Notes: generated by a model from the letters alone, not told the origin. A stretch of DNA of 64,000 nt from Oscillospiraceae bacterium (GCA_015064895.1 SVRI01000001.1:202787-266786), one strand, 5' to 3'. Positions 25,952 through 34,444 are shown, counted from the stretch's first letter. Made by a program: numbers and translations.

Positions 25952-27016
25952 ATGTTCAAAAAAAACTTATTTGCAAAAAAATTATCATCAGTCGAACCCT
26001 ATGCCGTGGACACGGGTATTTACAAGGCTCGCCTTGATGCCAACGAGAGCTTTATTGCTCTTCCCGAATATATAAGAGAAAAAATAGGCGCGGCACTGTC
26101 CTCTTTCGATTACAACCGCTATCCCGACCCCAATGCGGGCAGGCTTAAAGAAGCGTTTTGCGACTACTACGGCTTAAAGGCTGAAAACGTGGGTGTGGGC
26201 AACGGTTCTGACGAGGTAATCAGTCTTCTTATGAACTGTTTTCTCGATGTGGGAAGCAGTGTACTCACCTTTACTCCTGATTTTTCAATGTATGCGTTCT
26301 ATGCGAATCTTGCGGGAATGAAGGTTGTGAGCTGTCCAAAGAAATCTGATTTTTCCATTGACTTTGATGCGGCTCTGAAGGCTGTCAAGGAAAACGACGT
26401 TAAAATGGTTATTTTCTCAAATCCCTGCAATCCCACGGGAAGAATCGAGAAAAAGGCTGACATACAGAAGCTCGCAAATGCTTGTCCCGACACGATTTTT
26501 GTGGTGGACGAAGCCTACATGGACTTTGCGAGCATAAAGAACACAGAAAGCTTCCTTAAAGAGACCGAAAACTACCCCAACATTGTGGTATTGAAGACGC
26601 TTTCAAAGGCTCTGGGTGCGGCATCCCTTCGACTCGGTTTTATAGTAGCCGACAAGACTTTTGCTGACATGTTCTTTGCAGTCAAGAGTCCCTACAACAT
26701 CAATGGTGTAAGTCAGGTAATAGGCGAGATACTGCTTCGTGAAAAGGCTTTTCTTGACGAATGTACAGAGAAGCTGACATGTTCTGCGCAGAAATTAAGA
26801 CAGGAAATAATCGAAAAGGGACTCGGAAGTCCTTACGAAACATACACAAACTTTGTTTTCTATACTGATAAGGATGCTGAAAACAAGCAGAAGTACCTTC
26901 GAGATAACGGCGTGCTGATAAGAAAGTTCGGCATTGACGGCGGCGCTCTCAGAATCACGGCGGGTAATGAGGAAGAAAACAGGGCGGTTGTTGATTTGTT
27001 GAAGCAGTTCACTTAA
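25952..27016 (+). CDS. hisC: histidinol-phosphate aminotransferase
   Basis: Class-II aminotransferase with the PLP lysine in the TLSKALG context. The upstream 36 codons of the ORF-track call translate the repeat, so I use ATG 25952. Confidence 0.9.
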   Translation: MFKKNLFAKKLSSVEPYAVDTGIYKARLDANESFIALPEYIREKIGAALSSFDYNRYPDPNAGRLKEAFCDYYGLKAENVGVGNGSDEVISLLMNCFLDVGSSVLTFTPDFSMYAFYANLAGMKVVSCPKKSDFSIDFDAALKAVKENDVKMVIFSNPCNPTGRIEKKADIQKLANACPDTIFVVDEAYMDFASIKNTESFLKETENYPNIVVLKTLSKALGAASLRLGFIVADKTFADMFFAVKSPYNINGVSQVIGEILLREKAFLDECTEKLTCSAQKLRQEIIEKGLGSPYETYTNFVFYTDKDAENKQKYLRDNGVLIRKFGIDGGALRITAGNEEENRAVVDLLKQFT

Positions 27017-27045
27017 ATGGCTCCCTTTATACAAGGGAGGCTTGG
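27017..27045. repeat. solo family-2 hairpin after hisC
   Basis: TAAATGGCTCCC-TTTATACAA-GGGAGGC; same opening as 25785-25815. Confidence 0.7.
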
Positions 27046-27089
27046 CGTTGTGCAGACAGTGCTAAAAATACAAAAACGGTGGTGTAATT

Positions 27090-27677
27090 ATGAGAAACGC
27101 AACTATCAAGAGAAAGACAAAAGAAACAGACATTGAGCTTAGTCTCACAATTCTTGACTACGGCAAGAAGGGAAGCCTCAAGGGCAGCAGCGGCATTGGA
27201 TTTTTCGACCATATGCTTAATTCTTTCTGCTCCCACGGCGGTTTTGATGTAGAACTCAAGTGTGACGGCGACCTTTTTGTTGACGGTCATCATACTGTCG
27301 AGGACATAGGCATTGTTCTCGGTATGGCACTCAAAGAGGCGGCAGGGACGCTGCGTGGAATCAAGCGTTTTTCCGACATTCTTATGCCCATGGACGAGGC
27401 TCTTATCATGTGTGCCCTTGACTATTCGGGACGAAGCTATCTTTACTTTGAATCCGATTTTGCCTCTCCCATGATTGGCGACTACGACACACAGTTGACT
27501 GTGGAATTTATGCGTGCTTTAGCTTTCAACGCAGGAATTACACTTCACCTTAAGAAGATGTACGGTGCCAACGACCACCACGTGACAGAGGCACTTTACA
27601 AGTCAGCAGGAAAGTGCATAGGTGATGCATTGAAAATAGTTTCCGATGAAATAATGTCGACTAAAGGAAGCCTTTAA
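27090..27677 (+). CDS. hisB: imidazoleglycerol-phosphate dehydratase
   Basis: IGFFDHML and DGHHTVEDIGIVLG motifs. Confidence 0.95.
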   Translation: MRNATIKRKTKETDIELSLTILDYGKKGSLKGSSGIGFFDHMLNSFCSHGGFDVELKCDGDLFVDGHHTVEDIGIVLGMALKEAAGTLRGIKRFSDILMPMDEALIMCALDYSGRSYLYFESDFASPMIGDYDTQLTVEFMRALAFNAGITLHLKKMYGANDHHVTEALYKSAGKCIGDALKIVSDEIMSTKGSL

Positions 27678-27707
27678 CAGAGATTAGTAAGAAGAATTAA
27701 AAATCCA

Positions 27708-27736
27708 TTGACAACGCAAAAAGCAAATGCTAGAAT
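27708..27736 (+). promoter_or_regulatory. own sigma-A promoter of the GH78-like gene
   Basis: TTGACA (27708-27713), 17 nt, TAGAAT (27731-27736). Confidence 0.6.
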
Positions 27737-27768
27737 TAAGAAAAATTATAACCAAGGTGGATGCGAAT

Positions 27769-30030
27769 ATGTGGATTAATACCGAAAAACCGAGACTTGT
27801 ATGGATTGGCAACAAGAGACCTCTCAGCGAGGACGAACATATTACATATACAAAGAAAATAAATGCCGATAAAAAGGTAAAAAGTGTAGTTGTGCGTTTT
27901 GAAAACGACTCCTCCTGTGCCCTTTATGTCAACGGAAATTTCGTTATAAGCGGTAACGGCAGAACTCCCGAAAGAGTTAACTGCCATGAAATTACATCCC
28001 TTTTTACTGTGGGCGAAAATGAAATTAAAGTAACTCTTGACTCAGGTTATTTTCAGGGCAGAACAGAGGATATTTCACAGTTCAGAGGCTTCCGTTTCTC
28101 ATGCTTTGCCATGGAATTTGATATTGAATTCCAAGACGGCACAAAATTGGTTGTGCCCACAGATGCTACATGGATGACAGAGGTTGAGGGAAAGAATGTT
28201 CCTGCAGATGAGGCAATGGCTGTAACCGACGGTGAGTATAATAACTTCTGGAAGTATGCGACGGTATGGCTTGAAAAGAAGCTCCACAAGGCAGAAATTC
28301 CCGAGGCCGTAACAAAGACTGTCGGAGAAGAATACAAGACGTATGCAGAAAAGGATGTTCCGAAGTACGCGTATCCCGAAAAGGTAGTAAAAACAAACAT
28401 GATTCTTGTCGGCGACAAGTATGTTTCCGACGAAAATTGCGATGAAGCACCCTATATCATCTACGATTTTGTGACAACAAGAGTGGGCTTTACCGAATTT
28501 GAATATAAGACAGAAAATGATACCATCGCTACTCTTGGTTTTGACTTCAAGGAAAACATTGTTGACTTTGACCATGACCCCGACTGCGAGTGGACATATA
28601 TAATAAAGGCACTTGTAATCAAGCAGAAACTGCATGGGGGCGAACATAAGGATTTCAACATAAGACGCCGTGCTTTCAGACTTTTGAAGGTGGAATTTGA
28701 AAAGGGTGCGAGGGTTGAAATCGGAAATGTAAGAATTCTCCAGTGCCTGTACCCCAACATGAAGGAAGGCTGGTTTGACTGCTCAGACGACAGGCTAAAC
28801 AAGTTTTGGGAAATGGGCAAGTACACACTTCATGTAAACAAGCAGCAGGAATACGAAAGCTGTCCCAGAAACGAAATGCTCTTTTTCTCGGGCGACGGTC
28901 TTCTTGACATGGTTGTTGACCTTTATGCCTTCGGCGAAGAAAAGCTTATGGAAAGCTCGCTTAGTCTCAATCATTCCGAGGCGGCAAGCGGCATTGCAAG
29001 CTCTGAGGACTTCAACAGAATCCGCCATCAGTGGGACTACTACGCATGGCGTGTTGTCTGCGTTGAATATTATTACAAAACAACCGGTAATAAGGAATTT
29101 TTGAAGAAATTTTTTGCACAGACAGAATCCGTCCTCAAGTGGCAGATTAACAGAATGGGCTACAACAACCTTATTTTCCAGCCCATGTGCATGATTTCTA
29201 CATATACCTTCGGCTATGCTCAGGTTGACTGGGCGTGCGGTATAGGCAGACTCGGCGACAAGCCGTATCTAAACGCACTTCTTTACAAGAGCCTGACGGC
29301 AATGTCTTATCTTGCAAAGGAACTCGGTGAAGATGCAAAGGCAAAAGAATGGGACGAGCTTGCAGAAAAGGTAAAGGATGCTATTAACAATGAACTCTGG
29401 AGTGAGGAAAAGCAGTCATATGTAGACAAGATGGCTGACTACATCTCCCACGACGGAAATCTTATACCTCTCTACTTCGGCGTTGCAGACGAAAAGAGAA
29501 CCAAAGCGGCTCTCGACACAATAAAGCGTGAGCTGTGGACACCTGCAGGTGCTGCAATTCTTAACAAGCCCATGAAGGACGTAAGAGGCGGAAATGTTGC
29601 GGTTTCTCCCTTTATGAGCTGTTTTGAATCGGAACTGAGATTTTTGAACGGTGATGAAGAAGGCGGTCTTGAAGTAATAAGACGTGTATGGGGTGCAATG
29701 CTCGACAGAGGTGCACACACCTGCTGGGAATATGTTCCCGTAGAAGAAGGCAAGTGGTGGGATGCTCTTTGCCACGCATGGGCAACAGGCTGTACATATC
29801 TTCTTTCGGCATATGTTCTGGGTATCAGAATGACAAAGCCTAACTTTACGGGAATTGTATTTGAACCTAAGCTCTGCGGACTTGAATATGCAAGAGGCGT
29901 TGTTCCCTGCGAAGGCGGATTTATTGCGGCTAAGTGTGAAAACGGAAAGTATACTCTCAGTGTGCCCAAAGGAACTGAGGTTGAAGTTAAGGTTCCCGAT
30001 GGCAGTGAAGTTGAAATTATAAGATACTGA
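27769..30030 (+). CDS. alpha-L-rhamnosidase-like (GH78-type, six-hairpin) glycosidase, cytoplasmic
   Basis: N-terminal region resembles the rhamnosidase N domain (ALYVNGNFVISG...GENEIKVTLDSGYF); C-terminal (alpha/alpha)6-like ...AVSPFMSCFESELRFLNGDEEGGLEVIRRVWGAMLDRGAHTCWEY; AAGGTGGA RBS before ATG 27769. Confidence 0.6.
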   Translation: MWINTEKPRLVWIGNKRPLSEDEHITYTKKINADKKVKSVVVRFENDSSCALYVNGNFVISGNGRTPERVNCHEITSLFTVGENEIKVTLDSGYFQGRTEDISQFRGFRFSCFAMEFDIEFQDGTKLVVPTDATWMTEVEGKNVPADEAMAVTDGEYNNFWKYATVWLEKKLHKAEIPEAVTKTVGEEYKTYAEKDVPKYAYPEKVVKTNMILVGDKYVSDENCDEAPYIIYDFVTTRVGFTEFEYKTENDTIATLGFDFKENIVDFDHDPDCEWTYIIKALVIKQKLHGGEHKDFNIRRRAFRLLKVEFEKGARVEIGNVRILQCLYPNMKEGWFDCSDDRLNKFWEMGKYTLHVNKQQEYESCPRNEMLFFSGDGLLDMVVDLYAFGEEKLMESSLSLNHSEAASGIASSEDFNRIRHQWDYYAWRVVCVEYYYKTTGNKEFLKKFFAQTESVLKWQINRMGYNNLIFQPMCMISTYTFGYAQVDWACGIGRLGDKPYLNALLYKSLTAMSYLAKELGEDAKAKEWDELAEKVKDAINNELWSEEKQSYVDKMADYISHDGNLIPLYFGVADEKRTKAALDTIKRELWTPAGAAILNKPMKDVRGGNVAVSPFMSCFESELRFLNGDEEGGLEVIRRVWGAMLDRGAHTCWEYVPVEEGKWWDALCHAWATGCTYLLSAYVLGIRMTKPNFTGIVFEPKLCGLEYARGVVPCEGGFIAAKCENGKYTLSVPKGTEVEVKVPDGSEVEIIRY

Positions 30031-30032
30031 TA

Positions 30033-30595
30033 AAAAAACGAGTTTGCACCGTTGCGTTTATGCGGTGCAAACGGAACACTAATCGAGAAACAAAGATTTA
30101 AAAACAAGGAAAAGCAGAAAAGGTGACAAATGCGAGTTCTTTTCCTACTTTTCTGCGAAAGGCGGCGGGTCGCCGCTGACAATTCACGGGGTGTTAAAAG
30201 ATAGAATTACCGCCACGGATGTCGCATAACAAATATGTAAAAAAACTTCTTGAGTTTGCACCGTTGCGTTTATGCGGTGCAAACGGAGTATCAATCGAGA
30301 AACAAAGATTTAAAAACAAGGAAAAGCAGAAAAGGTGACAAATGCGAGTTCTTTTGCCTACTTTTCTGCGAAAGGCGGCGGGTCGCCGCTGACAATTCAC
30401 GGGGTGTTAAAAGATAGAATTACCGCCACGGATGTCGCATAACAAATATGTAAAAAACTTCTTGAGTTTGCACCGTTGCGTTTATGCGGTGCAAACGGAG
30501 TATCAATCGAGAAACAAAGATTTAAAAACAAGGAAAAGCAGAAAAGGTGACAAGTGCGAGTTCTTTTGCCTACTTTTCTGCGAAAGAAAAGTAGG
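30033..30595 (+). repeat. tandem array, 212-bp unit x about 2.6 (family-1 modules B-C-D-linker)
   Basis: GAGTTTGCACCG starts at 30040, 30252 and 30464 (period 212). Units differ by a few substitutions and 1-nt indels. The last unit ends in a hairpin abutting the hisH ATG. Confidence 0.95.
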
Positions 30596-31228
30596 ATGAA
30601 AACACTTATTATTGACTACGGGATGGGAAATCTCCATTCTGTTAAAAATGCATTTGACTTTATCGGCGAGGAGGCGTACATTTCCTCTGACATAAATGAA
30701 ATGGAAAAGGCGGATGCACTGCTTCTTCCCGGTGTCGGTGCATTTCCCGATGCTTCGGATATGCTCTGTAAAAGCGGCATTGCTGACAAGATAATCGAAC
30801 TTTGCGGAAAAGGGGACAAGCCCCTCCTTGGCATTTGTCTCGGTATGCAGTTGTTACTTGACGAAAGTGACGAGGTTCGTCTTTCAAAGGGACTCGGACT
30901 TGTACACGGAAGATGCGAAAAGATAACCGACACAGGTCTTAAAATTCCACACATGGGCTGGAACGACCTTGTACTTGATGACAAAAACTGCCCTCTCTTT
31001 ACCGACACAAAGGACGGCGACTACGTTTATTTTGTACATTCCTTCAAGGCGGTACTCGAGGACAGAAAAAATCTTCTTGCACACACATTTTACGGCGAGG
31101 AAATCCCTGCTGTAATAGGCAACGGAAAGAATGTTTTTGGTTGTCAGTTCCATCCTGAAAAGAGTGAGAAGGTCGGACTTTCCATGTTAAAAGCATTTTG
31201 CGAATTTGCGAAACGGAAGTGTTTGTGA
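30596..31228 (+). CDS. hisH: imidazole glycerol phosphate synthase, glutamine amidotransferase subunit
   Basis: MKTLIIDYGMGNLHSV..., GICLGMQ, HSF, QFHPEKS. The ORF-track N-terminal extension translates the repeat. Confidence 0.93.
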   Translation: MKTLIIDYGMGNLHSVKNAFDFIGEEAYISSDINEMEKADALLLPGVGAFPDASDMLCKSGIADKIIELCGKGDKPLLGICLGMQLLLDESDEVRLSKGLGLVHGRCEKITDTGLKIPHMGWNDLVLDDKNCPLFTDTKDGDYVYFVHSFKAVLEDRKNLLAHTFYGEEIPAVIGNGKNVFGCQFHPEKSEKVGLSMLKAFCEFAKRKCL

Positions 31229-31240
31229 ATAAAGGACAAA

Positions 31241-31361
31241 ACCTCCTCAGTCAGCTTTCGCTGACAGCTCCCCCTGAAAGCAGGGGAAGCCTTAGTAACA
31301 ATGACTAACAAAAGCCTTCCCTTTTGGGGAAGGTGGGTTGCGTTAGCAACTCGGATGAGGT
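31241..31361 (+). repeat. family-2 element (X then Y), 121 bp, between hisH and hisA
   Basis: ACCTCCTCAGTCAGC-TTTC-GCTGACAGCTCCCCC-TGAAAGCA-GGGGAAGCC-TTAGTAACAATGACTAACAAAA-GCCTTCCC..GGGGAAGGTGGGTTGC-GTTA-GCAACTCGGATGAGGT; twin of 33619-33743. Confidence 0.95.
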
Positions 31362-31411
31362 CTGACGTATGATGAAAAAATCACTGTTGAAACAGAAAAA
31401 AGGTGAAAAAT

Positions 31412-32128
31412 ATGATTATACTTCCTGCAATAGATATTCTCGGCGGCGAATGTGTCCGTCTTTTTAAAGGTGAATACGGTACGGCACGAAAGGTAGCTTC
31501 CAGTGCAATTGAGACGGTCAAGGATTTTGAAAGCTGCGGTGCAGAGTACATCCACATGGTAGACCTTGACGGTGCAAAAGAGGGAAAAACCGTCAACCGT
31601 GATTTGTTTTATTCTCTTGCGAAGATGACAAATGTACCCATTGAGCTTGGCGGCGGCATAAGAAACATGGAGACTGTTGATGCCTACATCGGCGGCGGTA
31701 TTTCGAGGGTAATCCTTGGCTCTGCGGCACTTCGCGACAGAGAATTTTTAAAGAGAGCCGTTGATAAGTACGGCGAAAGGATAGCCGTCGGCATTGATGC
31801 TAAGAATGGCAAGGTTAGTGTTGCGGGCTGGCTCGACGACTCCGACGTCGACTACATCGAATTTGCAAAAGAGATGGAAAAAGAGGGTGTCAAGAACATC
31901 ATCTTTACCGACATTTCAAAGGACGGCACACTGGCAGGTCCCAACCTTGAACAGCTTGCGGCATTGTCAAAAGCGGTAAAGTGCGACATTACGGCATCGG
32001 GCGGTGTTCACAACATTGAGGATATAAAGAATCTCAAGGAAATGAACCTCTACGGTGCGATTGCAGGGCGTGCAATTTATGACGGTACTTTGAATCTGGC
32101 AGAGGCAATTGAGTTAACAAGGAAATAG
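31412..32128 (+). CDS. hisA: ProFAR isomerase
   Basis: MIILPAIDILGGECVRL...; AGGTGA RBS 6 nt before ATG 31412. Confidence 0.93.
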   Translation: MIILPAIDILGGECVRLFKGEYGTARKVASSAIETVKDFESCGAEYIHMVDLDGAKEGKTVNRDLFYSLAKMTNVPIELGGGIRNMETVDAYIGGGISRVILGSAALRDREFLKRAVDKYGERIAVGIDAKNGKVSVAGWLDDSDVDYIEFAKEMEKEGVKNIIFTDISKDGTLAGPNLEQLAALSKAVKCDITASGGVHNIEDIKNLKEMNLYGAIAGRAIYDGTLNLAEAIELTRK

Positions 32129-32529
32129 AGTGCAGAAAGTTATGTAAGGAGAATCTTGCACTCTTCGAAGTACGTTTTCCGTACTTTTGTCCCGAAACAA
32201 AAGTACCAAAAATTCTCCACTCAACAAGAGGAGATGGGCGGCAAGTTGCCGCTGACAAACCGTCATTTTGACGGCATACCGAAAACCGTCAAAATGACAA
32301 ATACTGCTGTCGGGCTATCCCGACTCTGCGCTGACTTCCCCTCTTTTGCCGTGGAGGCTTAACTCCCCTCACTGGGTGTAGTGCAAGTTTGAAGCGATGA
32401 GTTTGGTCGGTTGCGTTTATGCCGACCAAACGGAATAAAAATCGAGTGATATAATATAGATAAACAAGGAGAGCGAGAAAGGTGACAAATGCGAGTTCTT
32501 TTGCTTACTTTTCTCCGAAAGAAAAGTAA
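32129..32529. repeat. 400-bp composite of family-1 modules (C-like hairpin, D, extra hairpins, B, C) between hisA and hisF
   Basis: GTACTTTTG-TCCCGAAA-CAAAAGTAC (32181-32206); GGCGGCAAGTTGCCGC (32237-32252); GTCATTTTGACGG..CCGTCAAAATGAC (32261-32298); GTCGGG..CCCGAC; B GAGTTTGGTCGG..CCGACCAAACGG (32399-32432); C ending CTTACTTTTC-TCCGAAA-GAAAAGTAAG (32504-32530). Confidence 0.9.
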
Positions 32530-33285
32530 GTGTTAGCAAAGCGTATTATCCCCTGTCTTGACGTAAAGGACGGCAGGGTAGTAAAGGGTGTAAATTTTGT
32601 GGGGCTGAGGGACGCAGGCGACCCTGTTGAAACGGCTCAGTTTTACAATACACAAGGTGCAGACGAGATAGTTTTCCTCGACATAACTGCATCCCACGAA
32701 CAGAGAAAGACGATAGTTGACGTCGTTGAAAGAACGGCAAGATGCGTATTTATGCCTCTTACCGTCGGAGGCGGCATTTCCTCGGTTGAGGACTTCAGAA
32801 CGCTTCTGAGTGTCGGTGCGGACAAGGTTTCAATTAACTCTGCGGCGGTGAAGGATAAGTACCTGATTTCCCGTGCGGCAGAGAAGTTCGGTTCGCAGTG
32901 CGTAGTGGTTGCCATTGATGCGAAACTCACTGACGACGGGTACCACGTTTTCATCCACGGCGGAAGAACAGACACGGGCATTGATGCTATAGAATGGGCA
33001 AAGGAAGTAGAAGCTCTCGGCTGCGGTGAAATTCTGCTTACAAGCATGGACGCCGACGGCACAAAGGCGGGCTTTGACATTCCTCTTACCGACATTATTT
33101 CAAAGACGGTGAACATTCCCGTAATCGCATCGGGAGGCTGCGGAAAGCTCGAACACTTTTCCGAGGTGTTTGAAAAAACAAATGCAGATGCAGCACTTGC
33201 GGCAACGCTTTTCCATTTCAGAGAGCTGACAATCGGCGAGGTTAAAGACTATCTCAGGAGCAAAAATATATGGGTAAGACATTAA
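32530..33285 (+). CDS. hisF: imidazole glycerol phosphate synthase, cyclase subunit
   Basis: [23 protein letters not shown] matches the canonical HisF N-terminus from residue 1; GTG start. Confidence 0.96.
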   Translation: MLAKRIIPCLDVKDGRVVKGVNFVGLRDAGDPVETAQFYNTQGADEIVFLDITASHEQRKTIVDVVERTARCVFMPLTVGGGISSVEDFRTLLSVGADKVSINSAAVKDKYLISRAAEKFGSQCVVVAIDAKLTDDGYHVFIHGGRTDTGIDAIEWAKEVEALGCGEILLTSMDADGTKAGFDIPLTDIISKTVNIPVIASGGCGKLEHFSEVFEKTNADAALAATLFHFRELTIGEVKDYLRSKNIWVRH

Positions 33286-33617
33286 TTGATACAAACAATT
33301 TAGACAAATATTTCGTGAAAGCGGAGCTTGTGCCTGCCATTGTCCAGGATGCGGAAAACGGTGAGGTGCTTATGCTTGCGTACATGAATAAGGAGTCATT
33401 GAAGCTGACTCTGGAAACAGGCTACACCTGGTTTTATTCACGTTCGAGAAACGAACTTTGGAATAAGGGTGCAACCAGCGGTCATGTGCAGAAGATTGTT
33501 GAGATGTACTCGGATTGTGACGATGATACATTTTTGATTAAGGTTATCCAAACCGGTCCTGCATGTCATACGGGATCGAGGAGTTGTTTTTTTAATAAGA
33601 TGGTCGGTGAGGAATAG
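33270..33617 (+). CDS. hisI: phosphoribosyl-AMP cyclohydrolase
   Basis: [21 protein letters not shown]...[12 protein letters not shown]; overlaps hisF by 16 nt. Confidence 0.93.
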   Translation: MGKTLIDTNNLDKYFVKAELVPAIVQDAENGEVLMLAYMNKESLKLTLETGYTWFYSRSRNELWNKGATSGHVQKIVEMYSDCDDDTFLIKVIQTGPACHTGSRSCFFNKMVGEE

Positions 33618-33618
33618 A

Positions 33619-33743
33619 ACCTCCTCAGTCAGCTTTCGCTGACAGCTCCCCCTTTGTGAAAGGGGAAGCCTTAGTAACAATGACTAACAAAAGCCTTCCC
33701 ATTTTAAGGGGAAGGTGGGTTGCGTCAGCAACTCGGATGAGGT
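33619..33743 (+). repeat. family-2 element (X then Y), 125 bp, between hisI and hisE
   Basis: Same stems and linker as 31241-31361; begins 1 nt after the hisI TAG. Confidence 0.95.
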
Positions 33744-33764
33744 AAAAAAGAAAGGTTGAAAGAT

Positions 33765-34115
33765 ATGAACGACAATGTACTTAAAATGGTAGAAGAAGTA
33801 ATAGAATCAAGAAAGCATGAGGATGCGGAGGGCTCATACACCTGCTATCTTTTCAAAAGCGGTCTTGATAAGATTTTAAAGAAGGTAGGGGAAGAATGTA
33901 CCGAAACGGTTATTGCCGCAAAGAACCTCAAAAATGACGGCGGTGACAAGGAAAAGGAAGAGCTTATCGGCGAGGTTGCCGACCTTTTCTATCATATCCA
34001 GGTAATGCTTTCTGACCTTGATTTGTCGATTGACGATGTTCTGGCTGAACACGAAAAGAGAAATCTTAAGGTTAATAACAAGAAGCAGTTTAAGGTTGTG
34101 GATAAAAACTCTTAG
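33765..34115 (+). CDS. hisE: phosphoribosyl-ATP pyrophosphohydrolase
   Basis: SYTCYLFKSGLDKILKKVGEECTETVIAAKN...EVADLFYHIQVML; stand-alone, not fused to hisI. Confidence 0.88.
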   Translation: MNDNVLKMVEEVIESRKHEDAEGSYTCYLFKSGLDKILKKVGEECTETVIAAKNLKNDGGDKEKEELIGEVADLFYHIQVMLSDLDLSIDDVLAEHEKRNLKVNNKKQFKVVDKNS

Positions 34116-34197
34116 CGGAGAGACACCGAATTTGACTGTCATTAAGGAAAACGGTCAAACTCTGAAATAACTTTTTTCGGAAAATTTGAAAAAGTTC

Positions 34198-34226
34198 TTG
34201 ACAAACGATTTTGTTTGTGATAATAT
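34198..34226 (+). promoter_or_regulatory. sigma-A promoter for tRNA-Val
   Basis: TTGACA-AACGATTTTGTTTGTGA-TAATAT. Confidence 0.6.
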
Positions 34227-34259
34227 AGTCACGTTGTCGGGAAAACCCGATGGCGTCCC

Positions 34260-34335
34260 GGGGGGTTAGCTCAGCTGGGAGAGCATCTGCCTTACAAGCA
34301 GAGGGTCACAGGTTCGAGCCCTGTACCCCCCACCA
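34260..34335 (+). tRNA. tRNA-Val (anticodon UAC)
   Basis: GGGGGGTTAGCTCAGCTGGGAGAGCATCTGCCTTACAAGCAGAGGGTCACAGGTTCGAGCCCTGTACCCCCCACCA; perfect 7-bp acceptor stem, CTTACAA anticodon loop, encoded CCA. Confidence 0.93.
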
Positions 34336-34340
34336 AAGAA

Positions 34341-34370
34341 AGCAAGTCGAGAGACTTGCTTTTTTCTTTT
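34341..34370 (+). terminator. intrinsic terminator after tRNA-Val
   Basis: AGCAAGTC-GAGA-GACTTGCT followed by TTTTTCTTTT. Confidence 0.8.
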
Positions 34371-34416
34371 GCATAGAAGGGCTCGAACCTTGAGAAGGCA
34401 CGAAGCAAAAATATAA

Positions 34417-34444
34417 AAAATCCTGCACACGAGTGCAGGATTTT
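34417..34444. terminator. bidirectional-looking terminator (serves the minus-strand ABC operon)
   Basis: A-run, TCCTGCAC-ACGA-GTGCAGGA, T-run. Confidence 0.7.

Noticed and set aside
30194-30400. Small ORFs inside repeat regions (30194-30400 minus, 32156-32362 plus, 25762-25959 minus, 63665-63865 plus)
   Set aside because: They are translations of repeat modules, are duplicated with the repeats, lack an RBS, and have frames broken between copies by indels.
30033-30595. Tandem repeats and heptamer arrays considered as a CRISPR array
   Set aside because: The period is 212 nt (or 7 nt) with no alternation of 25-40-nt repeats and unique spacers, and no cas genes are present in the window.
12169-33743. 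Repeat elements considered as integron attC sites or gene cassettes, since they sit between a stop codon and the next gene
   Set aside because: There are no RYYYAAC/GTTRRRY core sites at the ends and no intI. The flanking genes are housekeeping operon members, not cassettes.
34371-34405. tRNA-like fragment on the minus strand (GGTTCGAGCCCTTC..), considered as a second tRNA or an att-site remnant
   Set aside because: Only a T-arm-like stretch is present. There is no anticodon or D arm and no paired direct repeat or integrase, so it is too short to interpret.
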